DNA from: an uncultured bacterium | GTDB taxonomy: Bacteria; SAR324; NAC60-12 | Length of the DNA: 19,584 nt | Assembly: GCA_964010765.1 (NCBI GenBank) | Contig: CAXGMD010000066.1 | Coordinates: 1 to 19,584 of the forward strand | Direction: 5' to 3' | In this document: positions 1 through 7,938 of the stretch, in pieces | Position numbering within the stretch: position 1 is the stretch's first letter | How the letters are laid out: each line of letters opens with the position of its first letter | Notes under the pieces: generated by a model | Told to the model about the DNA's origin: nothing | The model's input: the letters and a program-made list of their open reading frames with translations, nothing else | Database searches by the model: none | Translations under genes and position numbers: made by a program

Positions 1-60
1 GCTTTGCTACAGCAAATCAAAAACGATGTTGGAAGTTTCTTTGAAACTGCTCATCAATAA
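1..60 (+). CDS. Possible 3' end of a gene entering from the left edge (…ALLQQIKNDVGSFFETAHQ*)
   Basis: Frame 1 is open from base 1 to TAA at 58-60 and converges on nfeD. Too short to assign a product. Confidence 0.35.
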   Translation, partial: ALLQQIKNDVGSFFETAHQ

Positions 61-158
61 ACTAAACAACCCTTAAGCGCCAACGCCGTCTGCTCTAGCA
101 GTGAGGCTTCATCAGATCCCCCGTCTCAGCAAATTGATTAGAAGTTCTTCAACTGAGG

Positions 159-629
159 CTATTCATTCAGTCTCCGATCAAAATCCTTTTCTAGGTAATC
201 CTGAAAATCAATGCTCTCTTCCACATCCACTTGATTACCTGAAACCGCTACGACTTTAACCTTCTTGCCAACGGGCACTTCCACCTCACAGGATCTTACG
301 TTCCAAACGTCCGCATTGATTTTGACTTTGCCAGTCCCCTTCTGATTATCGATCGCCTCCACGAGAACCCCTTCCATCCCAATCAAGCCCTCCACTCCAG
401 ATTTGTACTTTTGCTGATCTGTACCGCTGAACGATCTCTTGATCACGACAAACAAGACCATACTGAGTACTGGCCAAATCCCCAATACTGACCAATGGTC
501 CACAAAATAGCTGACTGGAGCGGTGGCAAGGGCTGCCAAGCCCAAGGGCATCCAGAACATCATTGGCAGGACGAATTCCAGTCCCACCAGTCCTAGCCCA
601 GCGAGGAACAAAATCAACCAAAGTTCCAT
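159..629 (-). CDS. nfeD: NfeD family membrane protein (short form with C-terminal OB-like domain)
   Basis: Hydrophobic N-terminus (WLILFLAGLGLVGLEF…), then LIGMEGVLVEAI…GKVKINADVW…G.KVKVVAVSGNQVDVE. Start overlaps the SPFH stop (TGATG, 627-631). Confidence 0.9.
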   Translation of the reverse strand: MELWLILFLAGLGLVGLEFVLPMMFWMPLGLAALATAPVSYFVDHWSVLGIWPVLSMVLFVVIKRSFSGTDQQKYKSGVEGLIGMEGVLVEAIDNQKGTGKVKINADVWNVRSCEVEVPVGKKVKVVAVSGNQVDVEESIDFQDYLEKDFDRRLNE

Positions 630-1639
630 CAGCTTTTCGACTGATTAAACAGATCTCCTAAATTGCCAAACGCCGCCATCGATTTGGAGGCGTCGTACGG
701 AAGATAGACCTTGTCCCCCTCACCATGCGTAAATTTCTCATAGGCATCAATATAAGACTTAGAGATCATGTAGTTAGTGGCTAGCTTGACATCTCCTCCA
801 AGGGCCTCGGCAATTTTTTTGATGGCTTCCTTTTCTGCAGAAGACATGATTTCCAGCGCTTGTGCAGTACCATTGGCTCTTGAAATAGCCGCCTCTCTCT
901 GGCCCTCTGCAGTTTGAATCAAAGACTCTCTTTCACCTGTAGCTTGGTTGATCATTTCTTGTCTTTCACCTTCGGATCTGGCGATTCGGGATTGCTTGTC
1001 GCCCTCTGCAGACAACACGGCAGCGCGCCTCTCACGCTCAGCCTGCATCTGCTTCTCCATGGCTTCCAGTACTTCCTGGGGAGGTGAAACATTGGCTAAT
1101 TCCACGCGGTTTACCAAGACCCCCCATTTGTTTGTTACGTCATCAAGAACGATCTTCAGGCTGGAGTTGATTTTATCCCTGGAAGCCAGCGTTTCGTCCA
1201 AATCAAACTCCCCAATCAATGACCTCAGGGTGGTTTGGGTCAGCTGGCTGATCGCCAAAGGAAGATCGTTGATTTCATAGACTGCTTTTTCGGGATCGGT
1301 AATCTGCATGTAGACCACGGCATCAATTTCAAGGGATACGTTGTCTTTGGTGATCGTAGTCTGAGCCGGAATGTCCAGCACCCTTTCCCGCATGTCGATT
1401 CTCTCTAACTCTTCATTCCGCCAATTGATTTTACGAATTTGTTCGATGACCGGAAGTTTGAAATGAAGCCCAGATTTCATGGTTCTATTAAAGGATCCGA
1501 GCCTTTCGATCATCATGACTTCGCTCTGCCGGACAATTTTCACCATGTTCTTCATGAATAAGAAGATAATGAATATGGTGACGAGCGTGGAGAAGCCAGG
1601 AAAGGCATCTAGCAACGTGTAGATAATTTCATCTTCCAT
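629..1639 (-). CDS. SPFH/Band 7 domain protein (QmcA/paraslipin-like)
   Basis: N-terminal TM, then ERLG, IDMRE, ITKDNVSLEIDAVVY, QTTLRSLIGEFDLDETL, KWGVLVNRVEL and MEKQMQAERERRA. Paired with NfeD. Confidence 0.95.
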   Translation of the reverse strand: MEDEIIYTLLDAFPGFSTLVTIFIIFLFMKNMVKIVRQSEVMMIERLGSFNRTMKSGLHFKLPVIEQIRKINWRNEELERIDMRERVLDIPAQTTITKDNVSLEIDAVVYMQITDPEKAVYEINDLPLAISQLTQTTLRSLIGEFDLDETLASRDKINSSLKIVLDDVTNKWGVLVNRVELANVSPPQEVLEAMEKQMQAERERRAAVLSAEGDKQSRIARSEGERQEMINQATGERESLIQTAEGQREAAISRANGTAQALEIMSSAEKEAIKKIAEALGGDVKLATNYMISKSYIDAYEKFTHGEGDKVYLPYDASKSMAAFGNLGDLFNQSKS

Positions 1640-1807
1640 GGTTGAGCTTCCTCAAATGAAGAATTATGAACCGCGCAATCTAGCGTCAACGGTTACCGTG
1701 CGGTTCCTAAATTGGATTTTGGTGCTTCAACGGGATTTTTCTTCTAACAGGTAGAAAGGCAGTTCTGAATTATTGTGTCGATGAAGTCAAGGTCCGGAAG
1801 GTCACTC

Positions 1808-2170
1808 TTAAATCCAAACATCATTCTCTGCTGTCAGAGTGCCCCCAGTTTCTCCAGTGTTGACGACACCCCTTGGCTCCACTAGCAGCACCTTGCACTC
1901 GTTCTCGGCGAAGGGCTTGTGCTCTTCTCCCCGTGGAACCACGAACATTTCTCCCTCGCTCAGGTGGACTGTCCGATCCTTGAACTCAATGCTCATCGAT
2001 CCCTCCAGGACAATGAAGGTCTCATCCGTGTCTGAATGGTGATGCCAAGTGAATTCGTCTTGGATCTTCACCAACTTGAACTGGTAGTCATTCATCTCTG
2101 CAATGACTTTGGGAGACCAGTGCTCTGAAAAGAGGTTTAGTTTTGACTGAAAATTGACGGGTTGACTCAT
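1808..2170 (-). CDS. Cupin domain protein
   Basis: Cupin motifs [11 protein letters not shown] and [14 protein letters not shown], plus [19 protein letters not shown] and LLVEP. Confidence 0.9.
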   Translation of the reverse strand: MSQPVNFQSKLNLFSEHWSPKVIAEMNDYQFKLVKIQDEFTWHHHSDTDETFIVLEGSMSIEFKDRTVHLSEGEMFVVPRGEEHKPFAENECKVLLVEPRGVVNTGETGGTLTAENDVWI

Positions 2171-2181
2171 GCTCGTACTCT

Positions 2182-2628
2182 CTACAACTTATGAATGACG
2201 TGCCGTACCACTCCCCAAATTTGGAAGTCATCGTCCACAGAGACTGGGATGCTGGGATAATCTGGATTTTCTGGCTGAAGTTCAAAACACTCCCGAGTCT
2301 GGACCAAGCGCTTGAGGGTGAACTCCCCGTTGAGGGAGGCAATCACGACCTTCCCGTTTGGCTTTTTCTTCGAGCGATCCACGATCAGCAAGTCTCTATC
2401 ATGAATTCCAGCACCCACCATTGAGTCGCCACTTGCCCGGACAAAGAAGACGTTGTTGGGATCCGGTACGAGGTACTGGTGCAGGTTGAGGTAGCCATCG
2501 TAGTAGTCCTGGGCTGGACTAGGAAAGCCTGCAGAGACCATCGATTCAAACATCGGTCGCTGGTACTCTTCTGCGAGAGGCATCTGTACGGGAAAAACAA
2601 AGGTGAATGGGAGTAGGTTCATGTGCAT
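2182..2628 (-). CDS. umuD: UmuD-like peptidase S24 protein (DNA polymerase V subunit/LexA superfamily)
   Basis: Autocleavage site [12 protein letters not shown], catalytic Ser in GDSM, LLIVDRS, catalytic Lys in FTLKRL, PENPDY and IWGVV. No N-terminal HTH. Start could be 2628, 2622 or 2583. Confidence 0.88.
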   Translation of the reverse strand: MHMNLLPFTFVFPVQMPLAEEYQRPMFESMVSAGFPSPAQDYYDGYLNLHQYLVPDPNNVFFVRASGDSMVGAGIHDRDLLIVDRSKKKPNGKVVIASLNGEFTLKRLVQTRECFELQPENPDYPSIPVSVDDDFQIWGVVRHVIHKL

Positions 2629-2642
2629 GGTTTTTAAATTAA

Positions 2643-2954
2643 TTACGTGATCAGCAGTTTCTGGACGTTGTCACACTCAGGATGATTTTCCCCTTTTCTC
2701 TTCAGATCCCGCAGTTCATAGGCATATGCCCAAAACTTACGGTAGTCCTGTTTCGTAAGTCGGAGGTTCCCATTTTCATCATGCAGGAGCTGATCGAGGC
2801 TCTTTCCTAAATCAGTCGCTCGGTCATCAAACCAGCTCTGCCACGCTGCGCTGTAGTCTTCATAATCAAGACCGGCTTTCTTGTGCAGTAGTCGCCAGAT
2901 CACCACTTCGCATTGCCGTAATCTCGTTCGATCCTGTTGCGTTAGCTTCTTCAT
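2643..2954 (-). CDS. Hypothetical protein, 103 aa, helical and Trp/Tyr-rich
   Basis: ATG at 2954 preceded by GGGA (ORF track starts at TTG 2966). Protein-like composition and a 14-nt gap to umuD suggest an operon. Confidence 0.7.
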   Translation of the reverse strand: MKKLTQQDRTRLRQCEVVIWRLLHKKAGLDYEDYSAAWQSWFDDRATDLGKSLDQLLHDENGNLRLTKQDYRKFWAYAYELRDLKRKGENHPECDNVQKLLIT

Positions 2955-3083
2955 TTTGTTTCCCAATATAGAATTACTCTCTGCACATTGCTCATCCGGC
3001 AGGCAACGCTCACCTTTCTGTGAAATTCAGGGATCCTGTATGCCTTTTTGAAAGATTGTGCGCTTTGAGATGCAGGGTAGAAT

Positions 3084-3111
3084 GTAATTGGAAGTCTTAG
3101 TAATTGGAAGT
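3084..3111. repeat. 12-bp direct repeat GTAATTGGAAGT x2 (16-bp period) in a divergent intergenic region
   Basis: Exact copies at 3084-3095 and 3100-3111. Confidence 0.6.
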
Positions 3112-3320
3112 AAAGCCCAACTGACAGTGACTTTTTCATGAAAGATTCGATTGAGAGAGTGCCGTGAAACGAGACACTACGCCAAAAAAGGTGGATCTGC
3201 TACTCATTTAGCAGAATTTGTCGAGGATGAGCTACTCGCTAAGTGAAGCCATCCCAATCTGAGCTAATCAAGATCGAATTAACTCCTATTAAGAGTAAAT
3301 CATTTTTTGAGGAGAACCCA

Positions 3321-4445
3321 TTGAGCGAAAACCGAAAGATTGTTTCAACCGCAACCCGACAGGGGGAGCTGATTTTATCGATCGTTCAAAACGAAATACC
3401 CATACCAAGTGATGATGAAGTGATTGTGAAGATGGAGGCCGCCCCCATTAATCCATCAGACATGTTTCCCTTGTTGGCTTTTGCTGATTATTCACAGGGC
3501 AAGCTGATGCTGGACGGTCAACAGCAAAAGATGGTGGCACCGATCTCGGAGCAATTTCTGGATGCCATCCGCTCTCGTCTTGACCAAACCCTGCCTGTTG
3601 GCAATGAGGGCGCAGGTCGGGTTGTGACTGCTGGTGCCAATGCCAAAAACTTGGAAGGAAAACTCGTATCGCTCGTATCCGGCCAGTGCTATCAGCAATT
3701 TGTCAAGGTGCCTGCAGCGATGTGCCTGGTCCACAAAGAAGACACTACGGCAGAAGAGGCGGCTTCCTCTTTCGTAAACCCAATCACCGCCTTGTGCTTT
3801 ATTGAAACGCTGAAAAAAGAAGGTCACAAAGCGATGGTACATACCGCTGCGGCTTCCAATCTAGGCCAAATGCTCTTGAAGCTCTGCCTACAGGAAAACA
3901 TTGATCTGATCTGTGTTGTTCGCTCAGTAGAACAGGCACAACTTCTACGAACATTGGGAGCAAAATACATCATCAATTCGACGAATGAAGGCTTCAAAGA
4001 ACAGTTAGTGGAGGCAATGGCAGAAACGGGTGCCACCCTAGCTTTCGATGCGATTGGTGGTGGTAGAATGGCGGACACGCTGCTTTCCTCGATGGAACAG
4101 GCCCTGAGCCGCAACGCCTCTGGCTTGAACACCTATGGTGCTGAACAACACAAGCAGGTTTATATCTACGGAAGGCTCGCGCGTGGTCCCATTACCCTGG
4201 GACAAAACTATGGCATGTATTGGGGGGTTGGGGGCTGGCTCGTGATGCCGGTTCTGAAGAAATTGGGCCCAAAGCGCGCTGCAGAGCTGCAAGCTCGAGT
4301 GGTCAATGAGATAAAGACCACATTTACCAGCCACATTACCGATGAGTTGAGTCTGCTTGAAGCAATCGATCCAGCGAACATCGCTCGCTACTTTCCCAAA
4401 AAAACGGGAGAGAAGTATCTGATCAAACCCCAGCAGGGACTGTAG
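3321..4445 (+). CDS. Medium-chain dehydrogenase/reductase (zinc-binding dehydrogenase-like, NAD(P)H oxidoreductase)
   Basis: EAAPINPSD, GNEGAG, SSFVNPITA, HTAAASNLGQML, AFDAIGGG and TGEKYLI. Probable start is TTG 3321, 6 nt after GAGGAG (3309-3314), rather than GTG 3243. Confidence 0.9.
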   Translation: MSENRKIVSTATRQGELILSIVQNEIPIPSDDEVIVKMEAAPINPSDMFPLLAFADYSQGKLMLDGQQQKMVAPISEQFLDAIRSRLDQTLPVGNEGAGRVVTAGANAKNLEGKLVSLVSGQCYQQFVKVPAAMCLVHKEDTTAEEAASSFVNPITALCFIETLKKEGHKAMVHTAAASNLGQMLLKLCLQENIDLICVVRSVEQAQLLRTLGAKYIINSTNEGFKEQLVEAMAETGATLAFDAIGGGRMADTLLSSMEQALSRNASGLNTYGAEQHKQVYIYGRLARGPITLGQNYGMYWGVGGWLVMPVLKKLGPKRAAELQARVVNEIKTTFTSHITDELSLLEAIDPANIARYFPKKTGEKYLIKPQQGL

Positions 4446-4614
4446 GAGATCCTAATTTGCTGCTTCTCAGTGCTGTCTGGAGTGAATGAGTTGCTCTGGC
4501 GGTCGACATGGCGTGAGGACGCAGAGGGCCAGATTAATAGCTAAAAACCAGCAGAGCAATTCGGGGCAACTACTCTCTCAGCGGCTAAGCATGATCCTGT
4601 TGCTCAAGATTCCA

Positions 4615-4716
4615 CTAGATCTGGGGCACTTCTAGGACGGTTTCCAATAAACCCAGGCCAGCTAGAATGGCAATGATCAAGAAAAGCCAAATGAACAGGT
4701 TTTTTCCATCATTCAT
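4615..4716 (-). CDS. Candidate 33-aa single-pass membrane peptide MNDGKNLFIWLFLIIAILAGLGLLETVLEVPQI
   Basis: ATG 4716 to TAG 4615-4617, with an 18-residue uninterrupted hydrophobic segment. Below the ORF-track cutoff and no clear SD. Confidence 0.45.
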   Translation of the reverse strand: MNDGKNLFIWLFLIIAILAGLGLLETVLEVPQI

Positions 4717-4796
4717 GGCAAGCTAATCAATTTGGAGGATTTGTTAATCTTAGGGAAGTCTCTGTAGAGACCTCCCAACGAAGATTCCCAATGAAG

Positions 4797-4830
4797 TGCG
4801 GGAAGTAAAAAGATGAGAAAACTTCCCGCA
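4797..4830. repeat. Perfect 10-bp inverted repeat TGCGGGAAGT-N14-ACTTCCCGCA within a hairpin cluster
   Basis: Arms at 4797-4806 and 4821-4830, flanked by further hairpins at 4753-4776 and 4838-4858. Confidence 0.65.
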
Positions 4831-5013
4831 TTTGGAGCTCACGAACCAGTTTTGTGAGAGGATCAGTGAGCAAGAGACCCTTTGAACAGCTTGGCCACTG
4901 TATTCAGAGCGTATCGCTTGGAGCCTCAGAAAACGATTTATAGGGTTGCTAATTCTAAATTTCAAGTAATGTTTGAATATATACACCCTATGGTCTACTG
5001 CGGAGAGGAGTTT

Positions 5014-5115
5014 ATGTGTTCAAAATATTTTTATCATTCTCAAAAGAAATATCGTTTCACATCACCAATCCTAGTGAAGCTTCGTGAAAGACTGACTCGG
5101 CAAACACTAGCGTGA
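5014..5115 (+). CDS. Candidate 33-aa basic peptide MCSKYFYHSQKKYRFTSPILVKLRERLTRQTLA
   Basis: ATG 5014 preceded by GGAGAGGAG (5002-5010). It is the 3' part of ORF-track entry 4882..5115. Confidence 0.35.
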   Translation: MCSKYFYHSQKKYRFTSPILVKLRERLTRQTLA

Positions 5116-5134
5116 ATTTCTGTATGATCTTGTC

Positions 5135-5680
5135 TTAGTTTCGGCTGGGAGCAAGCTGTTGTAGCAGGAATTCAAATGGCATGGGTGCATCAAGTTCAAT
5201 CACTTTTGCCTGAAGTTCAGGATACTGCTCGAAGTACCCACGAAGTTCTCGGCGTTTAGCTAAGAAGTTCTGGAGCATGTACAAAAGAATCAAATCCTTG
5301 CTGAAGAAACTCTGTCGCAGAGATTCTCGATTTCCTGAGAAGATCACTTCCCTGGTCCATGCTCTCCGAATCGTTCGCCCAAGCAGTTGGATAAAGACAC
5401 GAACAAAGGGATAATTCAGCCAAATGATATGTGTGGCTCTTTGCCAAATCAGCATTTTGGCAGAGGCCCCATGCCCGTCAATTACCCATCGATCCTCAGC
5501 AATTGCGGCTGCTACCAGCTCGCAAAACTTCTCTGATTTGCGCAGCGTCCAGTTCTCCTGCCAATACATTTCATCAATTTTGAAGTATTGGATTGCGTAC
5601 TTTTCGCTCAATTGCTGGGCGAGTGTACTTTTGCCACAACCACTGATCCCGATGATCGCAATGCGCAAGGTTGGCATCAT
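5135..5680 (-). CDS. P-loop kinase, adenylate-kinase-related/FlaR 'topology modulation protein' family
   Basis: Walker A GISGCGKST, IDEMYWQENW, WVIDG, IIWLNYP and GNRESL. Confidence 0.85.
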   Translation of the reverse strand: MMPTLRIAIIGISGCGKSTLAQQLSEKYAIQYFKIDEMYWQENWTLRKSEKFCELVAAAIAEDRWVIDGHGASAKMLIWQRATHIIWLNYPFVRVFIQLLGRTIRRAWTREVIFSGNRESLRQSFFSKDLILLYMLQNFLAKRRELRGYFEQYPELQAKVIELDAPMPFEFLLQQLAPSRN

Positions 5681-5835
5681 TTTTCCGATCCAAGCTGATT
5701 TATGAATCCCCCAAAGGGACCGGGTTCATGCTGGATAGATCCCAAGCTAGAGATCCGGCTGGCTCAATTTCTGCTGCTGTTATCTGATGACAACCATAGG
5801 CCGCTTCCATTCTTCATTTCTTTGGGGGTTTTCAG

Positions 5836-6003
5836 ATGACATGGCAGAATCGTTTTTCAGGGGTTTTCCGTACTAAGAACCCCAGTGGTTCCAACAATAC
5901 AATCGAACCCACTGAACAAGAAAATTATCGACTGATTCTCTTGGGCATGCAGAAGGTGCATGGACATCTCTTTCAGTTGAGCGAACCAAAAAAGTCTAAT
6001 TGA
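5836..6003 (+). CDS. Possible 55-aa small protein (MTWQNRFSGVFRTKNP…EQENYRLILLGMQKVHGHLFQLSEPKKSN)
   Basis: ATG 5836, 7 nt after GGGGG, to TGA 6001-6003. Fills an otherwise empty gap. No recognisable family. Confidence 0.3.
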   Translation: MTWQNRFSGVFRTKNPSGSNNTIEPTEQENYRLILLGMQKVHGHLFQLSEPKKSN

Positions 6004-6050
6004 GGGAATGGGACATGGAGTCCCGAGATTAATGCTTCGAAATAGGGTTT

Positions 6051-6209
6051 TTAAGAATTTCTCTGTTCGTCAAATTCCTTTATCAACTTCTTCACTTCGA
6101 CGAGCTTGCGTTCTAATTCCTCACGCTTGTGCCAATCCCTCCTTTGTTCTGCAGCAAGCATTTCACTCTTGAGTTCTAACATGCGATCCAGCAAATCAAA
6201 GCGATCCAC
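6051..6209 (-). CDS. Unannotated 52-aa coiled-coil protein with UVR-domain-like spacing
   Basis: GGGAG (6219-6223), GTG 6209, TAA 6051-6053. Translation MDRFDLLDRMLELKSEMLAAEQRRDWHKREELERKLVEVKKLIKEFDEQRNS is strongly amphipathic and helical. Confidence 0.7.
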   Translation of the reverse strand: MDRFDLLDRMLELKSEMLAAEQRRDWHKREELERKLVEVKKLIKEFDEQRNS

Positions 6210-6301
6210 GAACAATTACTCCCTTGCTACTAGCTAATGTGGTCGTTATTTCGGCCAAAAATGGTTTCCACAGGTTCTTCTCTTTTGTTTGAGATGATTG
6301 A

Positions 6302-7141
6302 TCAAACTAAGTAAGCTCGAAAAATGGACGGCCTCAGACGGCAAAAGTTATTCAACTGTCCGGAAAGCTGGAACAAAGAAGGTGATACCCGATAATTGAA
6401 CACCCGATAGAGGTGGTACTGTTCGCGATTTCTCTCAGAGAATAGCAATTCATTGGCAGTCACGAAGAACGGGGTCAGCTTGCCATACTTGGTGGTCTTC
6501 ACCTCAATGAAACGTTCCTTACCATCCTGTTCAAAAGAGCGGATGTCGTAGCCCATGTTGGGCCCAATCGTTTCAGAAACCTGCTCCACAGAGTCCAGCA
6601 AATCCATCCGGCCCATCGTCCGTAACCGTGCCTTTTCATAGGCCATCACTAGTTTTTCTCCCGCATCTCCCAACTGTTGATTGCTTGCTTCCAACTCCAG
6701 ATAGTTGATGCCAACCCACGCCTCTGCATCATTTGGTGAGAGCAGTGGCAAGGAAGGATTCTTGGGGGCACTCTCCATTATCTCCAGCAGTTGCTGCATC
6801 ATCCGTGGTTTGGGGACTGTCAATGTGTCCTGTAAAAATAGTTGGCTGAATTCAGGATTTTGCTGAAGAAACTCCCGAATCACTTCAGGGACAAGCTCTT
6901 TCTGGTAGTTGTAAAGCGGCTTGTATCCACTGATACTCGGTAACCCGAGTTCGATCAGTGCTGCGCTGATGTTCTGGTACATCAACTCAATTTCATATTC
7001 TATTCGCAAATTGAGACGGCTAACCAGCTTTTTACAGTGATCTACTTTATTGTAGAATTTCCCCAACATCTCGCTTCGGAGCATCGAGAAATAGTCTTCC
7101 ACGATGATTTCTACTTCGGTGTGCGTCCATGTCCGGTGCAT
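6302..7141 (-). CDS. DUF3883 (NOV_C) PD-(D/E)xK nuclease-domain protein
   Basis: C-terminal GDAGEKLV…E, GYDIRSF…RFIEVKTT, F.VTANE and YHLYRVFN. N-terminal WT..E…V.DYF.ML…QNISA.L…G…I.GYKP..NYQ module. ATG 7141 is likelier than TTG 7195. Confidence 0.88.
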   Translation of the reverse strand: MHRTWTHTEVEIIVEDYFSMLRSEMLGKFYNKVDHCKKLVSRLNLRIEYEIELMYQNISAALIELGLPSISGYKPLYNYQKELVPEVIREFLQQNPEFSQLFLQDTLTVPKPRMMQQLLEIMESAPKNPSLPLLSPNDAEAWVGINYLELEASNQQLGDAGEKLVMAYEKARLRTMGRMDLLDSVEQVSETIGPNMGYDIRSFEQDGKERFIEVKTTKYGKLTPFFVTANELLFSERNREQYHLYRVFNYRVSPSLFQLSGQLNNFCRLRPSIFRAYLV

Positions 7142-7451
7142 TGGATGCCTGGTCTGTGAGGAGGTTTCAATAGTGAGGACAAAGTCAGTTCCCAACTGAA
7201 CATAGGTGGGAGAAGAGAATCAATTTTTTCGCTGAAGAGAGCACCTGAACAGGACAACAAGATCCAGACCACACGAAGGATACAGATATCAGGACGCTAT
7301 GGCTGCGAGTTGTTCATTCTCAAATGGTGCGGATCAGAGAAGCGCTGTACTTGCCTCCGGGATTCCTGGGCAAGCACTGTATCAAGGTAGGAATTGATCG
7401 CTTGGAACTAAGGTCTGCGAATCAAACTTTGTGAAGCTTTTGAACGACAGG

Positions 7452-7907
7452 TCACTCAGGCTGGATGTGGCAACTCATCTCGTAGACGTTCCAATCTGAC
7501 TTGCTGGCAACTTTGTCATACAGTCTGCGAGCCTGATAGTTGTTATCTCGGGTGATCCAGCGGAAAAGTCCCCAGCCTTCCTGAAGACCAATTCGTTGTA
7601 GTTTATCCAGCAGCAATTGACCCACTCCACCACCACGAGCGCTGGGCAGGACAACCAAATCATCCAGAAAGCCGATATTCTGACCACGTAACGGGTTCGG
7701 CATCGCTCGGAAATGAGCCATGCCCACGAGTGCAGATTCTTGAACAGCCACCAGACCCTGAAGTGGGTGGGATGAATCCATCAGCCAACCCCATGTGGTT
7801 TGAATGCCCGTTTCGGTGAGAGCAACTCGATAGTGTTCTGCATAGACCTGGTAGAGTTCCAACCATTGCTCAAAGTCTGCTTCTTTCAGTTCACGGATAA
7901 GAGTCAT
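7452..7907 (-). CDS. GNAT family N-acetyltransferase
   Basis: FLDDLVVLPSARGGGVG (motif A) and WITRDNNYQARRLYDKV. Start moved to ATG 7907 (MTLIREL…) to avoid overlap with the upstream gene. Confidence 0.92.
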   Translation of the reverse strand: MTLIRELKEADFEQWLELYQVYAEHYRVALTETGIQTTWGWLMDSSHPLQGLVAVQESALVGMAHFRAMPNPLRGQNIGFLDDLVVLPSARGGGVGQLLLDKLQRIGLQEGWGLFRWITRDNNYQARRLYDKVASKSDWNVYEMSCHIQPE

Positions 7908-7938
7908 CGGAGAGAGCTTGTTGTGTTCGTTGTAGGAT

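Noticed and set aside
159..1639. SPFH transcribed before nfeD (reverse of the E. coli ybbJ-qmcA order)
   Set aside because: Both orders occur in bacteria, so it is an ordinary gene pair.
4460..4593. Minus-strand ATG-CTT-AGC-CGC-TGA…TGC as a second possible selenoprotein
   Set aside because: No recognisable fold, no CxxU/UxxC spacing and no convincing SECIS.
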